64,000 nt of DNA from an uncultured virus (IMG/VR IMGVR_UViG_3300023687_000086) (lineage: Duplodnaviria; Heunggongvirae; Uroviricota; Caudoviricetes), in the IMG/VR virus record IMGVR_UViG_3300023687_000086; one strand, written 5' to 3'. Shown here piece after piece: positions 10,360-20,769 of the stretch. The number at the start of each line of letters is the position of its first letter. Within the stretch, counting starts at the first letter, position 1. Under the pieces are notes generated by a model. The model did not search any database and was not told where the DNA came from. It saw only the letters and a list, made by a program, of their open reading frames with translations. A program made the position numbers and the translations under genes.

Positions 10360-10617
10360 TTAACTAGCAAAGGCGTAATTTTCTATTGATTCCGACTCTT
10401 CGTACACCATATACGGGTTGATGTCAGTACTTTCATTCCAACAGATCAGACCCATCTCATCAATATGAACAGTGTTGAAAAAGCTTATATCCTTAATACA
10501 TTCGAATAATGGATCATCAAACAATTTGTAACAATTGAACACTCGAATAGATTCATCATCGAAACGGATTAACAAAATGTAATTATCTAATGGTTTAACA
10601 TCTTTTGCTCTATGCAT
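10360..10617 (-). CDS. DUF2442-like protein (putative TA partner)
   Basis: VKPLDNYILLIRFDD...F..VHID..ICW...DINP pattern; follows DUF4160-like gene. Confidence 0.7.
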   Translation of the reverse strand: MHRAKDVKPLDNYILLIRFDDESIRVFNCYKLFDDPLFECIKDISFFNTVHIDEMGLICWNESTDINPYMVYEESESIENYAFAS

Positions 10618-10626
10618 AAAAACCTC

Positions 10627-10899
10627 CTAATCAATCACACCCGGATTGATACCATTGTTGATATCATCCCAAGCCTTATCGAGTTCAGACTGATGTTGCT
10701 TAATCCATGATTCAACTACTTTTCTGTCTTCTTTGCGCTTTAGTCCAGACGTCCCTTTCATAGGCATTCCATCGAACCCATATTGACAGTGTTCGTCAGG
10801 CTTAAGCACCAACAAGTGTTTCTTGTGGTGTGGATTGTTCTTCTCGCCGTAAATGTAAATAGCTATATTTAACGCCTCGAAATATTTGATTCTAGCCAT
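10627..10899 (-). CDS. DUF4160-like protein
   Basis: IYIYGEKNNPHH..HL...VESWIKQHQSELDKAW pattern. Confidence 0.65.
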   Translation of the reverse strand: MARIKYFEALNIAIYIYGEKNNPHHKKHLLVLKPDEHCQYGFDGMPMKGTSGLKRKEDRKVVESWIKQHQSELDKAWDDINNGINPGVID

Positions 10900-10994
10900 A
10901 TTTATCTCCCTTCTTATTTTATCATATTTGGCAATAATAAATATGGACAAATAAAAAGAGCCGCCAATGGCGACTCATTCTTACGTTAAAACGA

Positions 10995-11534
10995 TTAAAG
11001 ATCCATTTCCATACAACGTTCACGCTGCTCATCAAGGAAATGCTTTGCAGTGCCTTTGTAATCATCCATCGTACCGTCATTATGAATCTCGTAATCGTAG
11101 TCATAATTGTATACGTTAGCATCTGCATGATTGGACGGATTGGTTTCATATCCGGCCCTTCTAACAAGGATCGATTCTGCAGCAAAAGTGTTACAAAAAT
11201 ACTCGATATCTCTAGGTTCTCTAGCATGAACGAACATAATCTGTGGCTCGTCCGCCATGATGAACTTATCATATTCGTCCTCAATTGCACGGATACTCAT
11301 CTGGTTATACTCATCACATAAGTCCTTCAAATCGGCCAAAAACTTTCTGGAGCGAGGGGTCTTCTGACCGTCCCATCCGCACATCTTTGCGATTTCTTTT
11401 ACCTTATCTACCATGGATACGTTTAAGATGGTGCCGCTAGAAAAGCCTTCTTCCTGTAACACGTCCTGACAAAGAGATACAAATGTATCCTTTCCACATC
11501 CAGCCTCACCATTAATAACAAACACTTTTTTCAT
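10995..11534 (-). CDS. P-loop kinase, deoxynucleoside monophosphate kinase-like
   Basis: INGEAGCGKDT Walker A, REPRDI, NHAD, YDYEIHNDGT motifs of phage dNMP-kinase-like proteins. Confidence 0.65.
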   Translation of the reverse strand: MKKVFVINGEAGCGKDTFVSLCQDVLQEEGFSSGTILNVSMVDKVKEIAKMCGWDGQKTPRSRKFLADLKDLCDEYNQMSIRAIEDEYDKFIMADEPQIMFVHAREPRDIEYFCNTFAAESILVRRAGYETNPSNHADANVYNYDYDYEIHNDGTMDDYKGTAKHFLDEQRERCMEMDL

Positions 11535-11631
11535 ATTCTATTCTCCTTTCTTGCAAGTGTCATTTAACTGGTATTAAATATGGGAATGAAATGCGTAAAT
11601 AAAAAGAACCTATATAATCTAGTCCATTGTG

Positions 11632-11660
11632 TTGACAACGTATGTATACCGAATTACAAT
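11632..11660 (+). promoter_or_regulatory. Sigma70/SigA promoter of TA operon
   Basis: TTGACA-17-TACAAT. Confidence 0.7.
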
Positions 11661-11702
11661 TAAGACAGAAGAAAACCTGTAACGATATAGGAGGTACATC
11701 TT

Positions 11703-11960
11703 ATGGCACAGTTAAGTATGCGCGTTGATGATAACGTAAAGAAAAAGGCCGAACTGGCTTGCGAAGCTCTTGGACTAACCATGACAGCAGCAATCAATCT
11801 TTATCTTGTAAAACTTGGAAATGAGATGCGGATTCCATTCGAAGTTTCTGTGGATCCGTTCTACAATCCAGAAAACCAGCGCGTCTTAGAAAAGTCTATC
11901 CAACAGTTAAACTCCGGCAAAGGTGAAAAACATGATTTGATTGAGGTGGACGATGAATAA
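11703..11960 (+). CDS. RelB/DinJ-family antitoxin
   Basis: LSMRVDDNVKKKAE..CEALGLTMTAAINLYL...IPFEV. Confidence 0.85.
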   Translation: MAQLSMRVDDNVKKKAELACEALGLTMTAAINLYLVKLGNEMRIPFEVSVDPFYNPENQRVLEKSIQQLNSGKGEKHDLIEVDDE

Positions 11961-12216
11961 GACCTGGTCTGATATCGCTTGGAACGATTACTTGTACTGG
12001 CAAGAGCAAGATAAAAAGACGCTAAGAAAAATCAACGCTCTGATTAAAGATATTGACCGGAATGGCTACAAATGCAAAGGTGGTCCAGAACCGTTAAAAG
12101 GAAACCTTACCGGTTACTGGAGCGTACGTATCAATCAAAAAGATCGTTTGGTCTTTAGAATCATAGACGGTGAACTCGAGATCGTTCAGTGTAGGACTCA
12201 TTATGGTGATAAATAG
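11953..12216 (+). CDS. yoeB: Txe/YoeB-family toxin
   Basis: AWNDYLYWQEQDKKTLRKINALIKDI...PEPLKGNLTGYWSVRINQKDRLVF. Confidence 0.9.
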   Translation: MNKTWSDIAWNDYLYWQEQDKKTLRKINALIKDIDRNGYKCKGGPEPLKGNLTGYWSVRINQKDRLVFRIIDGELEIVQCRTHYGDK

Positions 12217-12253
12217 AACATACAAAAGAAAAGAGCCCTAAGGCTCTTTTCTT

Positions 12254-13093
12254 TTAGCTTAGCATATAAGCGTCACATACATTTTCAAGCAAAGATAATC
12301 GAGTTAACAATCCAACGCCGCCCGGAACCGGTGTAATAAACTTTGGAGTCATATCAAATGACTCGGCATCTACGTCACCGCATAACTTATTATCTTCGGA
12401 GCGATTGATTCCAACATCGATAATAACAGCATCCGGTTTTACCATATCACCCGTTACGAATCGTGGCTTTCCGATCGCAGAAATAAGGATATCAGCAGTT
12501 CTTGTGATATCTGCCAGATTCTGAGTGTGGGAATTGCATACGGTAACAGTAGCATCTGTTTCCTCAATAAGCAGTTTCGCCATTGGCTTGCCGACAATAT
12601 CGGAGCGACCAAGGATTACAACATGCTTTCCATCAAGTCTACAGTCGTCACAACATACCACATCTGTAAGTAAGTTATAGATGCCAAGAGGTGTACACGG
12701 AACGAACGGCGTATCGGCCTTGAATCCATCTACATCCTTATATGGCGGGATACCTTCGGTAACAACATCCGGACGAATATGATCCGGAAGTGGTAACTGA
12801 ACAATAATTCCGTCATAATCATGATTAGAGCCCAACATAGCTACTCTATTTGCCAACTCTTCTTCGGTTATAGATTCATCGAACTTACAAAGCTCGCACT
12901 CAATACCTACTTCTTCGCAGTCTCGCATCTTACCACCAACGTACTTATTGGAAGCGTAATTGTCGCCAACCTGCACGATCGCTAATTTTGGAGCTCGTCC
13001 ATAATGAGCAACGGCATCTATGATAGTAGCCTTTCGGATATCGATGTACTCTTTTATTGGTTCTTTGAATGAAATATACTCTTCTCTATTCAT
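12254..13093 (-). CDS. folD: Methylenetetrahydrofolate dehydrogenase/cyclohydrolase
   Basis: GIIVQLPLP, KDVDGF, PCTPLG, GRSDIVGKP, TPVPGGVG. Confidence 0.95.
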   Translation of the reverse strand: MNREEYISFKEPIKEYIDIRKATIIDAVAHYGRAPKLAIVQVGDNYASNKYVGGKMRDCEEVGIECELCKFDESITEEELANRVAMLGSNHDYDGIIVQLPLPDHIRPDVVTEGIPPYKDVDGFKADTPFVPCTPLGIYNLLTDVVCCDDCRLDGKHVVILGRSDIVGKPMAKLLIEETDATVTVCNSHTQNLADITRTADILISAIGKPRFVTGDMVKPDAVIIDVGINRSEDNKLCGDVDAESFDMTPKFITPVPGGVGLLTRLSLLENVCDAYMLS

Positions 13094-13212
13094 ATTATTC
13101 TCCTCTCTACGATATATTTTCATCGCCACTTAAATATGGGCACTATCTCTTACGCACAAAAAAAAGAAGAACCCATTACGGATTCCTCTCCTTTTTAGAT
13201 TCAATGCGCTTA

Positions 13213-13752
13213 TTAATCGCACTCTACAACTTCACCGACACCAACTATACGCATCGGGCTTTCCCAATCATCCGGGATATTATCATCCTCACGATTCTTA
13301 AAATGTCCTTCAAGAACAAGGAACTTTTGCCCAACTTCTATAGATACATCATCATCGTACATCATGTCGATTGTTACATCTATTTGACTACCAGGTTTTG
13401 CAGATTTCTTTTTAGGATGGTTCATAACACCAATACAAGCAGAATCTCCAATTGCAATTACCGGTCTAAAGTAATTACATACTTCTACTGACCAGCCACC
13501 TTCTTCTTTAGCGAAATAATGCACTTTCGCTTCATAAGTAATAGTATCTTTAGACTCGAAAACATTATGATACTTGGCTATATCGACGCAATTAATAGGA
13601 TTAGTCAATTTACCATAATTCGTATGTACTATTTCATGTCCTTCGACGGAATCAAGAGTTAGTAGTTCTTCTTTCTTGCATGCAGATGCGCATACACACA
13701 TAGAGATAGCCATTAATAAAGCGGCTATTCGTTTTGTTCGTATCTTTTTCAT
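13213..13752 (-). CDS. Putative lipoprotein
   Basis: Basic N-terminus, hydrophobic core, lipobox-like ASAC. Confidence 0.6.
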   Translation of the reverse strand: MKKIRTKRIAALLMAISMCVCASACKKEELLTLDSVEGHEIVHTNYGKLTNPINCVDIAKYHNVFESKDTITYEAKVHYFAKEEGGWSVEVCNYFRPVIAIGDSACIGVMNHPKKKSAKPGSQIDVTIDMMYDDDVSIEVGQKFLVLEGHFKNREDDNIPDDWESPMRIVGVGEVVECD

Positions 13753-13859
13753 TTCTATTATACCTTTCTTGTTTTTAAAATTTCGAACTTAAATATGGAA
13801 CAAAAAAAGAGGAACTAATATTAGTCCCTCTTTTTAGTTTGTTTAATCATGCCTAATCA

Positions 13860-16052
13860 TTACAGATGGAGCACACGATCCTTAACATCACCCATACGAC
13901 CCTGATTGAAGTCATTTACGCCGATGTAACCACACACTCTACGAGCCGTGTTCATCTTATCGTGATCAGTGTTACCACAGCATGGGCACTTCCAGATGAG
14001 CTTCTTCTCCTCGTTCTCAACGATTTGGATCTCACCTTCGAATCCACATACCTGGCAATAATCAGACTTCGTGTTCATCTCGGCATACATAATGTTGTCC
14101 TTAATGAATCGCATCACAGATAATACGGCCGGGATATTATGGTTCAGATTCGGAACCTCAACGTAGCTGATTGCTCCGCCTGGTGCCATATTCTGGAACT
14201 CAGATTCGAACTTCAACTTCTGGAACGCATCAATCTTCTCACGTACACATACATGATAGGAATTGGTAATGTAATTATGGTCAGATACGTTAGGAATCTT
14301 ACCAAAATCACGCTGCAGAGCCTTTGCAAACTTATAAGTTCCGGACTCCATTGGAGTGCCATATACAGAGTAATCAATGTTTTCAGCAGCCTTCCATTCG
14401 GCACACTTATCATTGAGCTTCTGCATAACAGCAATTGCAAATGGCTTCGCTTCCGGATCCGTGTGAGACTTACCTGTCATTCTCATACAGGTCTCGTACA
14501 AACCGGAGAATCCAAGAGAAATGGTTGAATATCCGTCGAATAACAACGGATCAATCACCTCGCCCTTATCCAAACGTGCCAGTGCACCATTCTGCCACAA
14601 AATCGGAGCAACATCAGATACAGTACCAAGTAAACGCTCATGACGCTTACGAAGCGCTCTGTGGCACAACTCTAAGCGGTCTTCTAAGATCTCCCAGAAC
14701 TTGTCCATATCGCCGTTTGATTCACAAGCTACGTATGGAAGGTTAATGGTTACCACGCCCTGGTTGAATCGACCCCAGTAACGATGCTCGCCTTCGCGGT
14801 AATTCTTGCGCTTTTCCTTGTTACCGAATCCGGCATCTGTAAACCGGTCCGGAGTTAAGAATGAACGACATCCCATACAGGTATAAGTATCTCCGCCCTT
14901 TAATTCACGCATTACCTTCAAAGAAATGTAATCCGGAACCATTCTCTTTGCGGTACACTTTGCAGCCAGCTCAGTCAAATCAGCATAGGTAGTAAAGGAT
15001 TCATCATCCAATGCGTAAATCAACTTCGGGAACGCCGGAGTAATCCATACGCCCTGCTCATTCTTTACGCCCTGCATACGCTGCTTTAACACCTCTTCGA
15101 TACACATGATAAGATCGTCTCTCTGCTGCCCTTCCGGGACCTCAAATACGTTCAAATACATGGTTACGAATGGGGCCTGTCCGTTGGTAGTCATAAGTGT
15201 GATCAACTGGTACTGAATTGTCTGGATACCACGAGCGATTTCATTACGAACTCGCTTCTCAACAATAGACTCGATATCCGCCTCATCAAAGTTTCCAAGT
15301 CCCATCAATTCATCACGTACGATTTTACGGTATCTCTGTCTGGACACTTCTACGAACGGAGAAATATGTGCCAAAGTAAAGCTCTGGCCACCATACTGAT
15401 TGGATGCCACCTGTGCTACGACCTGTGTTGTTACGTTACAAGCAGTATAGAAGCTATGCGGACGCTCAATCATGGTTCCGGAAATAACGGTACCGTTCTG
15501 AAGCATATCCTCAAGGTTAATCAAATCACAGTTGTGCTCGCGCTGAGCGAAGTAATCAGAATCATGAAAATGAATCTTGCCGGCATTGTGTGCCTCAACA
15601 ATGTCCTGTGGAAGCAAAACACGCATTGCTAAGTCCTTAGAAACTTCACCTGCCATGTAGTCACGCTGTGTGGAGTTAATTGTAGGGTTCTTATTTGCGT
15701 TCTCTGCCTTAGCTTCCTCATTGGATAACTCAATCAATGAAATGATAGCGTCATCTGTTGTGTTAGCCTTGCGAGCCAACATACGCTGATATCTAAACTC
15801 GGTATAATTCTGTGCCAAGTGGTAAAAACCAGCTCGCATCAGATATTGAATTACCATGTTCTGGATATCCTCAACGTTTGCTGCGTGATCATACAGGCTA
15901 AGATCATGTTCAATGTTTTCGATTACTCTATCAATAGCCTCATCCTGAATCTGCTCTGTTACTGCGACAGACTTGTTAGCCTTTTTAATTGCTGCTTTGA
16001 TTTTGTTGCTCTCATATGCAACTTCTGTTCCATCTCTTTTGATAATATTCAT
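13860..16052 (-). CDS. nrdD: Anaerobic (class III) ribonucleoside-triphosphate reductase
   Basis: ATP-cone (IIKRDG), HFHD, MGCRS, glycyl-radical RRVCGY, CxxC zinc motifs. Confidence 0.97.
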   Translation of the reverse strand: MNIIKRDGTEVAYESNKIKAAIKKANKSVAVTEQIQDEAIDRVIENIEHDLSLYDHAANVEDIQNMVIQYLMRAGFYHLAQNYTEFRYQRMLARKANTTDDAIISLIELSNEEAKAENANKNPTINSTQRDYMAGEVSKDLAMRVLLPQDIVEAHNAGKIHFHDSDYFAQREHNCDLINLEDMLQNGTVISGTMIERPHSFYTACNVTTQVVAQVASNQYGGQSFTLAHISPFVEVSRQRYRKIVRDELMGLGNFDEADIESIVEKRVRNEIARGIQTIQYQLITLMTTNGQAPFVTMYLNVFEVPEGQQRDDLIMCIEEVLKQRMQGVKNEQGVWITPAFPKLIYALDDESFTTYADLTELAAKCTAKRMVPDYISLKVMRELKGGDTYTCMGCRSFLTPDRFTDAGFGNKEKRKNYREGEHRYWGRFNQGVVTINLPYVACESNGDMDKFWEILEDRLELCHRALRKRHERLLGTVSDVAPILWQNGALARLDKGEVIDPLLFDGYSTISLGFSGLYETCMRMTGKSHTDPEAKPFAIAVMQKLNDKCAEWKAAENIDYSVYGTPMESGTYKFAKALQRDFGKIPNVSDHNYITNSYHVCVREKIDAFQKLKFESEFQNMAPGGAISYVEVPNLNHNIPAVLSVMRFIKDNIMYAEMNTKSDYCQVCGFEGEIQIVENEEKKLIWKCPCCGNTDHDKMNTARRVCGYIGVNDFNQGRMGDVKDRVLHL

Positions 16053-16325
16053 ACTAATCTCCTTTCAAACAGATGGTTATAAATTGTTTCGAGATTAAAT
16101 ATGTACTTCTTTTTTGTGTTCAAAAAGAATTGCGTATTTACGTACGTTTTCCAAAACAAAAAAGGCATCTGGATATATACGAATCCAAATACCTCATGTT
16201 TTCCCGAACGAGACTATACCATGTATTACTATTTCCGCCAATACTTAATACCAATTTAGTATCAAGTTTTTTTTTTGATAAAAAAAAGAAGCTACGAAAT
16301 GTAGCTCCTCTTTCTGATAATTTCC

Positions 16326-17267
16326 CTAAAAAACGATACTTGCTGCGCTATCCCAGGACGAATACATCTTACCGTTTTCCCGAATGATATAGTATTTGAT
16401 TGCTGCATTGGTTTCATCTTTAGCCATCGAATCAGTGTCGATGACGATAGAAAATCCCAAATAATCATATCTTGATGCACCATAAGGAAGCTTATTTAAA
16501 AGCGTTCCTTTAATCATTACAATATTTACAATCGTGGAAAGGATGTCGTCAGCGAAACTCTCATTCGCATGAATCCAATCAGCTTCTGGCGTGCCATCAT
16601 TCGCCCACATCTTTCTGAACGTTACCTGGTTAGCATGAAGCTCATGACAGCGATTTAACAAATCGTTCACACATTCATTCATAAGCGCCGTTTTCCCTGA
16701 TACAGATTCTGTTCCAAGACGTCTACGTTGAGATTCCGTGAGAACATAGTCCGTAACATTAACACAGATGCGGACATTCATTCCGAGGTCATTAATATTG
16801 TCGCAAAGTTCTTGAATCTTTAGGTCCTTATCTGCGTTTCCTTCAATTGCGCGATTGATTTTGTCATCAAAAACGCTAAACGTTGATACAGCGACCGTAG
16901 TTACTCCGAACCACTTTAAAAATTCAAGATAATCGCGATCAAGGAATGCACCGGTCGTCTGAATCTCAATATTGTTGAACGGCTTATCCAATGACTTCAT
17001 AGCAAGGTACAAACCTTCTAACCAGCGCTTATTCTGCTGCGGCTCATTAGAACCGGTTAACATGACCGTTGTGCAACCCTTGTCCTGTGCGTGTTTCATT
17101 CGTTTAATGACATCGTTCCAATACTCAAAACACTCCATATGGGTTCCGTCGTATTTATTTTTGTACGGGTTCGTGTGCTGTCTGGCCGTACAAGTGGCAC
17201 AATGGTTGATGCATTTTCCCGATGGGGACGGGCAGCAAATTGATAAACTTTGAATAACTTCTGACAT
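16326..17267 (-). CDS. Radical SAM protein
   Basis: CINHCATC (CxxxCxxC), TGSNEP. Confidence 0.8.
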   Translation of the reverse strand: MSEVIQSLSICCPSPSGKCINHCATCTARQHTNPYKNKYDGTHMECFEYWNDVIKRMKHAQDKGCTTVMLTGSNEPQQNKRWLEGLYLAMKSLDKPFNNIEIQTTGAFLDRDYLEFLKWFGVTTVAVSTFSVFDDKINRAIEGNADKDLKIQELCDNINDLGMNVRICVNVTDYVLTESQRRRLGTESVSGKTALMNECVNDLLNRCHELHANQVTFRKMWANDGTPEADWIHANESFADDILSTIVNIVMIKGTLLNKLPYGASRYDYLGFSIVIDTDSMAKDETNAAIKYYIIRENGKMYSSWDSAASIVF

Positions 17268-17352
17268 TTTATGCTCCTTTCATAAAACAATTATTGTTAC
17301 AACCTTAAATATGTATCAAGTAAACGCACACATAAAAAAAAAGAAGCCCATA

Positions 17353-18084
17353 TTAGGCTTCTCTTTTGATTAGGTAAATAACATCGCCAGAATTGACGGA
17401 CGTCGATAGCGTCTTGTTTCGTGCGTCTTTATGCATTTTTTCACTATAATTGTAGTTTTCGCTGAGCTCATGTCCAGCCATTAGTTTTCCACAAGAACGG
17501 AAAATGATTGATGAAATCCCCGCTTGTTTTCGAAAATACTTCTTCCAATTAAACTCTTCATGGTCATGCTTTTTTCGCCTAGAAATATATTTTTTGAATT
17601 TTCTCTGGTTAAGCCGCACCCACTTACAACGGCCCGGATCCATCGACTGCATATTACCATTGTTAGTTCGAATTAAAATGTAATGCAAAGTAGTTATTGC
17701 TCCAACTGGAATGAACACAAAAGAATCATTATTACGAAGCTTATTTTTAAGTTCGTTATATGAATCAATACGTTTAATGACGGTCATATGATTATATACT
17801 TCTGGAAAATAGTCCTTAATGATAGTTTCGCATGTTGTGTGGTCGAAAATTTCTCCAACGATAGTAAGACCTCTTTCGTGACATTTTTTAATAATGTCTA
17901 ACATTTCCGCCTGTGTCTTTTTGGGGTATCCAAGTTCACTCAAGGCATTATTTAGTGCATAGAATCCGCATGTAGAACCAATTTGTGCAGTTCTCGCCTT
18001 TTGCAAATATACGTTACAAGCAAGAAGGAAAAAATACAATACAACTAAAACAATGACAACGATAAAATAAATATTCATATTCAT
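17353..18084 (-). CDS. Membrane-anchored papain-fold cysteine peptidase-like protein (C39/ACTMAP-like)
   Basis: N-terminal TM; QIGSTCGFYAL catalytic Cys motif, GEIF, HYILI His, DP. Confidence 0.5.
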   Translation of the reverse strand: MNMNIYFIVVIVLVVLYFFLLACNVYLQKARTAQIGSTCGFYALNNALSELGYPKKTQAEMLDIIKKCHERGLTIVGEIFDHTTCETIIKDYFPEVYNHMTVIKRIDSYNELKNKLRNNDSFVFIPVGAITTLHYILIRTNNGNMQSMDPGRCKWVRLNQRKFKKYISRRKKHDHEEFNWKKYFRKQAGISSIIFRSCGKLMAGHELSENYNYSEKMHKDARNKTLSTSVNSGDVIYLIKREA

Positions 18085-18182
18085 ACTCCTTTCATATTTT
18101 GTTCTATTTATTTCATTCTAAAATATGTGACAAAACAACGCACTACAAAAAAAAAGAAGCCCCAATATGGGACTCCTTCTTG

Positions 18183-18656
18183 TTACTCGTATCGATTCTT
18201 CTGAACCTCACATGCAGAATTCCGTATATTCTCAGCCATGGTGTAGAACTGTTCTAACGTCTTCTCGATATGCGTTTCTTTCTTGCGCACGACTTTCAAG
18301 TTATCTGGGCTAGATTTCTCCCACTTGTCCTTAATACTGGCAAGCATGGATTCGTATTTTTCAAGTTCTATGCGCTTCAGAATAGCCTGCCGGCAATAAT
18401 CTGTGTAAAGAAGTTCTAATGCGCCACTTGCAGACGGATCAAAGCTGTACCAGAAGATAACATTACTATCTAATTCCGAATCATAATATACGTCCAGCTT
18501 CTTCAACTCATCTTCTCGAAGCCATACACTGATATTATCGTCTTCGCTCAAAACATGATACATTCCAGATTCCGTACATTCAACCGGAAGCTCTGTTGCA
18601 TACCCAGAATTCGTTTTTACAACGTGCCGCCAATAGTAAATGTGTCTTGTTCGCAT
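18183..18656 (-). CDS. Hypothetical protein
   Basis: 157-aa ORF in operon with 18659-19345. Confidence 0.6.
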   Translation of the reverse strand: MRTRHIYYWRHVVKTNSGYATELPVECTESGMYHVLSEDDNISVWLREDELKKLDVYYDSELDSNVIFWYSFDPSASGALELLYTDYCRQAILKRIELEKYESMLASIKDKWEKSSPDNLKVVRKKETHIEKTLEQFYTMAENIRNSACEVQKNRYE

Positions 18657-18658
18657 AC

Positions 18659-19345
18659 CTAATCCTCCGCTCCATATTTGGTCATAATCTCATGATAGTG
18701 TTCACGTAGCACTTTTAAACCTGCGGCCGCTTCTTCTTCGGCCCGCTCTAAGGTCCGTTTGTATACTGGGCGATGGTCCAATAACAAAAGGAACAGATGA
18801 GGGCCAACATTATGTACAGATCTTGAAATAAAGTGGTTCTCGATGCGATGCAAACCAGCGGATCCTTCATCTTCGCCCGTAAAAATAGCATCACGTTCTG
18901 TGAATGTCTGAAGGTATTCGTACACATAATCTCCAAAATCCTGAAGGCGAGTTTCTTCAAACGGTACGTCGGCCAGTTCCAATAAGTCAACGTAACTGAT
19001 GTCTCCAGATTGAAACTCCTTAATTGATTCAACAATCATATCCAGTTTCCCAGTCAACAACCAAGCTGTTGCCGTTGCTCGCATTATGTATCCAGAACGT
19101 ACTGACTTAGATTCATTATTTGTACTTTCTTTAAGGCAGTACATAAGAAAATCAATCATTCTGCCGTGTTCGTCTTCATAATTGCTGCCAGCATCCAGGT
19201 AAAAACAATATCCGTACCGAAGATTCATTTCCTCATGTCGAACCGGAATCATTTCGGCATCCTCTGTCTCAGAACAAAATACTTTACCAGCATATTCTGG
19301 CTCTAAAAAAATCGTACCAATCGGTGTCTTAATTTGAGTCTCCAT
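18659..19345 (-). CDS. Hypothetical protein (RBS disrupted by IS110)
   Basis: 228-aa ORF; its RBS and class-1 motif now lie beyond the IS at 20938-20984. Confidence 0.6.
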   Translation of the reverse strand: METQIKTPIGTIFLEPEYAGKVFCSETEDAEMIPVRHEEMNLRYGYCFYLDAGSNYEDEHGRMIDFLMYCLKESTNNESKSVRSGYIMRATATAWLLTGKLDMIVESIKEFQSGDISYVDLLELADVPFEETRLQDFGDYVYEYLQTFTERDAIFTGEDEGSAGLHRIENHFISRSVHNVGPHLFLLLLDHRPVYKRTLERAEEEAAAGLKVLREHYHEIMTKYGAED

Positions 19346-19365
19346 ATTTATCTCGTATTATATAG

Positions 19366-19552
19366 TCATACCCATTCTTTACCTGTTCTTAGGCATAGGG
19401 TATGCTGTTGAAGATGCTGTGGATTGGTTCTTTATCCCTACCGCATAGACGGTTTTTTGAAAGGCTCCAACCACAGCCTCTTTGTCACAATGTTAATCAG
19501 TTAGATACCGCATGACGGTTTATTTAGAACGAGGTTACATCGGCAGAGAGCC
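19366..19552 (+). ncRNA. Putative IS110 bridge RNA (5-prime hairpin, target-binding loop, donor-binding loop)
   Basis: CATACCC/GGGTATG hairpin; stems GCTGTGGATTGG/CCAACCACAGC and CTCTTTGTC/GGCAGAGAG each enclosing an ACCGCAT(A)GACGGT hairpin; loop segments match target and donor junctions. Confidence 0.65.
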
Positions 19553-19599
19553 CTGTGGATCCAATACAGCGTCAAATACTTTTAAGGAGGATCATGCGT

Positions 19600-20769
19600 A
19601 TGATCTATGTTGGTATCGATGTTGCAAAGGACAAGCACGATTGCTGCATCCTGGGATCGGAAGCCGATAAAATATATCCGGTCTTTACCATCCCGAATAA
19701 CAAAGCAGGCTTTGATGAGTTGTATGAGAAGATTTTCTCCGTGACTGATGATCTGAATGAAATAAAAGTAGGCCTTGAAGCTACCGGTCACTACTCACTC
19801 AATCTTCTCGGTTCGCTCATTGATAAAGGTCTGACCACCTGTGTTATCAACCCGTTACATACAAATCTTTACAGAAAAGGTCTAAGCCTTAGAAAGACGA
19901 AAACGGATAAGGTCGACGCCGGTTCAATTGCAATGATGTTGATGACTAATAAGACTCTCAAGCCCTACTCAGACACATCATATCATAGTGAAGAACTCAA
20001 GTCATTAACCCGCTACCGTTTCGACAAGGTTCAAGAGCGAGCCAAGCTTAAATCGTCTGTGGCTCGTCTTATTAACATCTTGTTTCCAGAACTGGAAAAG
20101 CTCGTTTCTAATCTTCATATGGCTTCTGTGTACGCCTTACTTTCTGAGTTTCCCGGTGCTTCTTACATCGCTGAAAGTCACCTTACCCATCTCAGAAATG
20201 TCCTTGAAACAGCTTCTAAGGGACACTACGGACGAGATATGGCTGTCACCATAAGAGATGCTGCCAAGGATTCAATCGGTTCTGTTATGCCTGCAAAGTC
20301 AATGGAGTTGAAGCACACCATCCATCTGATCGAGGTGATGACAGATGAGATTGATGAAATCGAAGCTTCAATCAAATCCATCATGGATACTTGCAACTCT
20401 CCGATTATGACAATCCCAGGAATCAGCTACCGCATGGGAGCAATGATTCTTGCTGAGATTGGCGATTTCACCCGTTTCAGCAATGCCGATCAGATACTTG
20501 CGTTTGCAGGGTTATCGCCATCTACATATCAGTCAGGGCAGCTTGATTCAAGCTATTCCCATATGGAAAAGCGAGGATCCCGTTATCTGAGGTATGCTTT
20601 GTTTAATGCCACTAAGTTCGTCTGCAAATGGGATGAAAACTTCGGAGCCTACCTTTCAAAGAAGATAAGCGAAGGCAAGCATTACAACGTTGCAGTCGGT
20701 CATGCGACGAAAAAGCTGATACGCACCATCTATCGAATGGAACTTACAGGCGAAGCCTACCGAAAATAA
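19600..20769 (+). CDS. IS110 DEDD recombinase/transposase
   Basis: YVGIDVAKDKHD, GLEATGHY, KTDKVDA, TIPGI, AFAGLSP..YQSG, KRGSRYLR; RBS AAGGAGG. Confidence 0.95.
   Translation: MIYVGIDVAKDKHDCCILGSEADKIYPVFTIPNNKAGFDELYEKIFSVTDDLNEIKVGLEATGHYSLNLLGSLIDKGLTTCVINPLHTNLYRKGLSLRKTKTDKVDAGSIAMMLMTNKTLKPYSDTSYHSEELKSLTRYRFDKVQERAKLKSSVARLINILFPELEKLVSNLHMASVYALLSEFPGASYIAESHLTHLRNVLETASKGHYGRDMAVTIRDAAKDSIGSVMPAKSMELKHTIHLIEVMTDEIDEIEASIKSIMDTCNSPIMTIPGISYRMGAMILAEIGDFTRFSNADQILAFAGLSPSTYQSGQLDSSYSHMEKRGSRYLRYALFNATKFVCKWDENFGAYLSKKISEGKHYNVAVGHATKKLIRTIYRMELTGEAYRK

Noticed and set aside
13860..16052. Intron or intein in nrdD (also thyA, ligA)
   Set aside because: ORFs are continuous and of normal length
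19481..19490. TTTGTCACAA inside the IS110 left end matching the class-2 arm
   Set aside because: Second arm absent; the sequence is part of the predicted bridge-RNA stem
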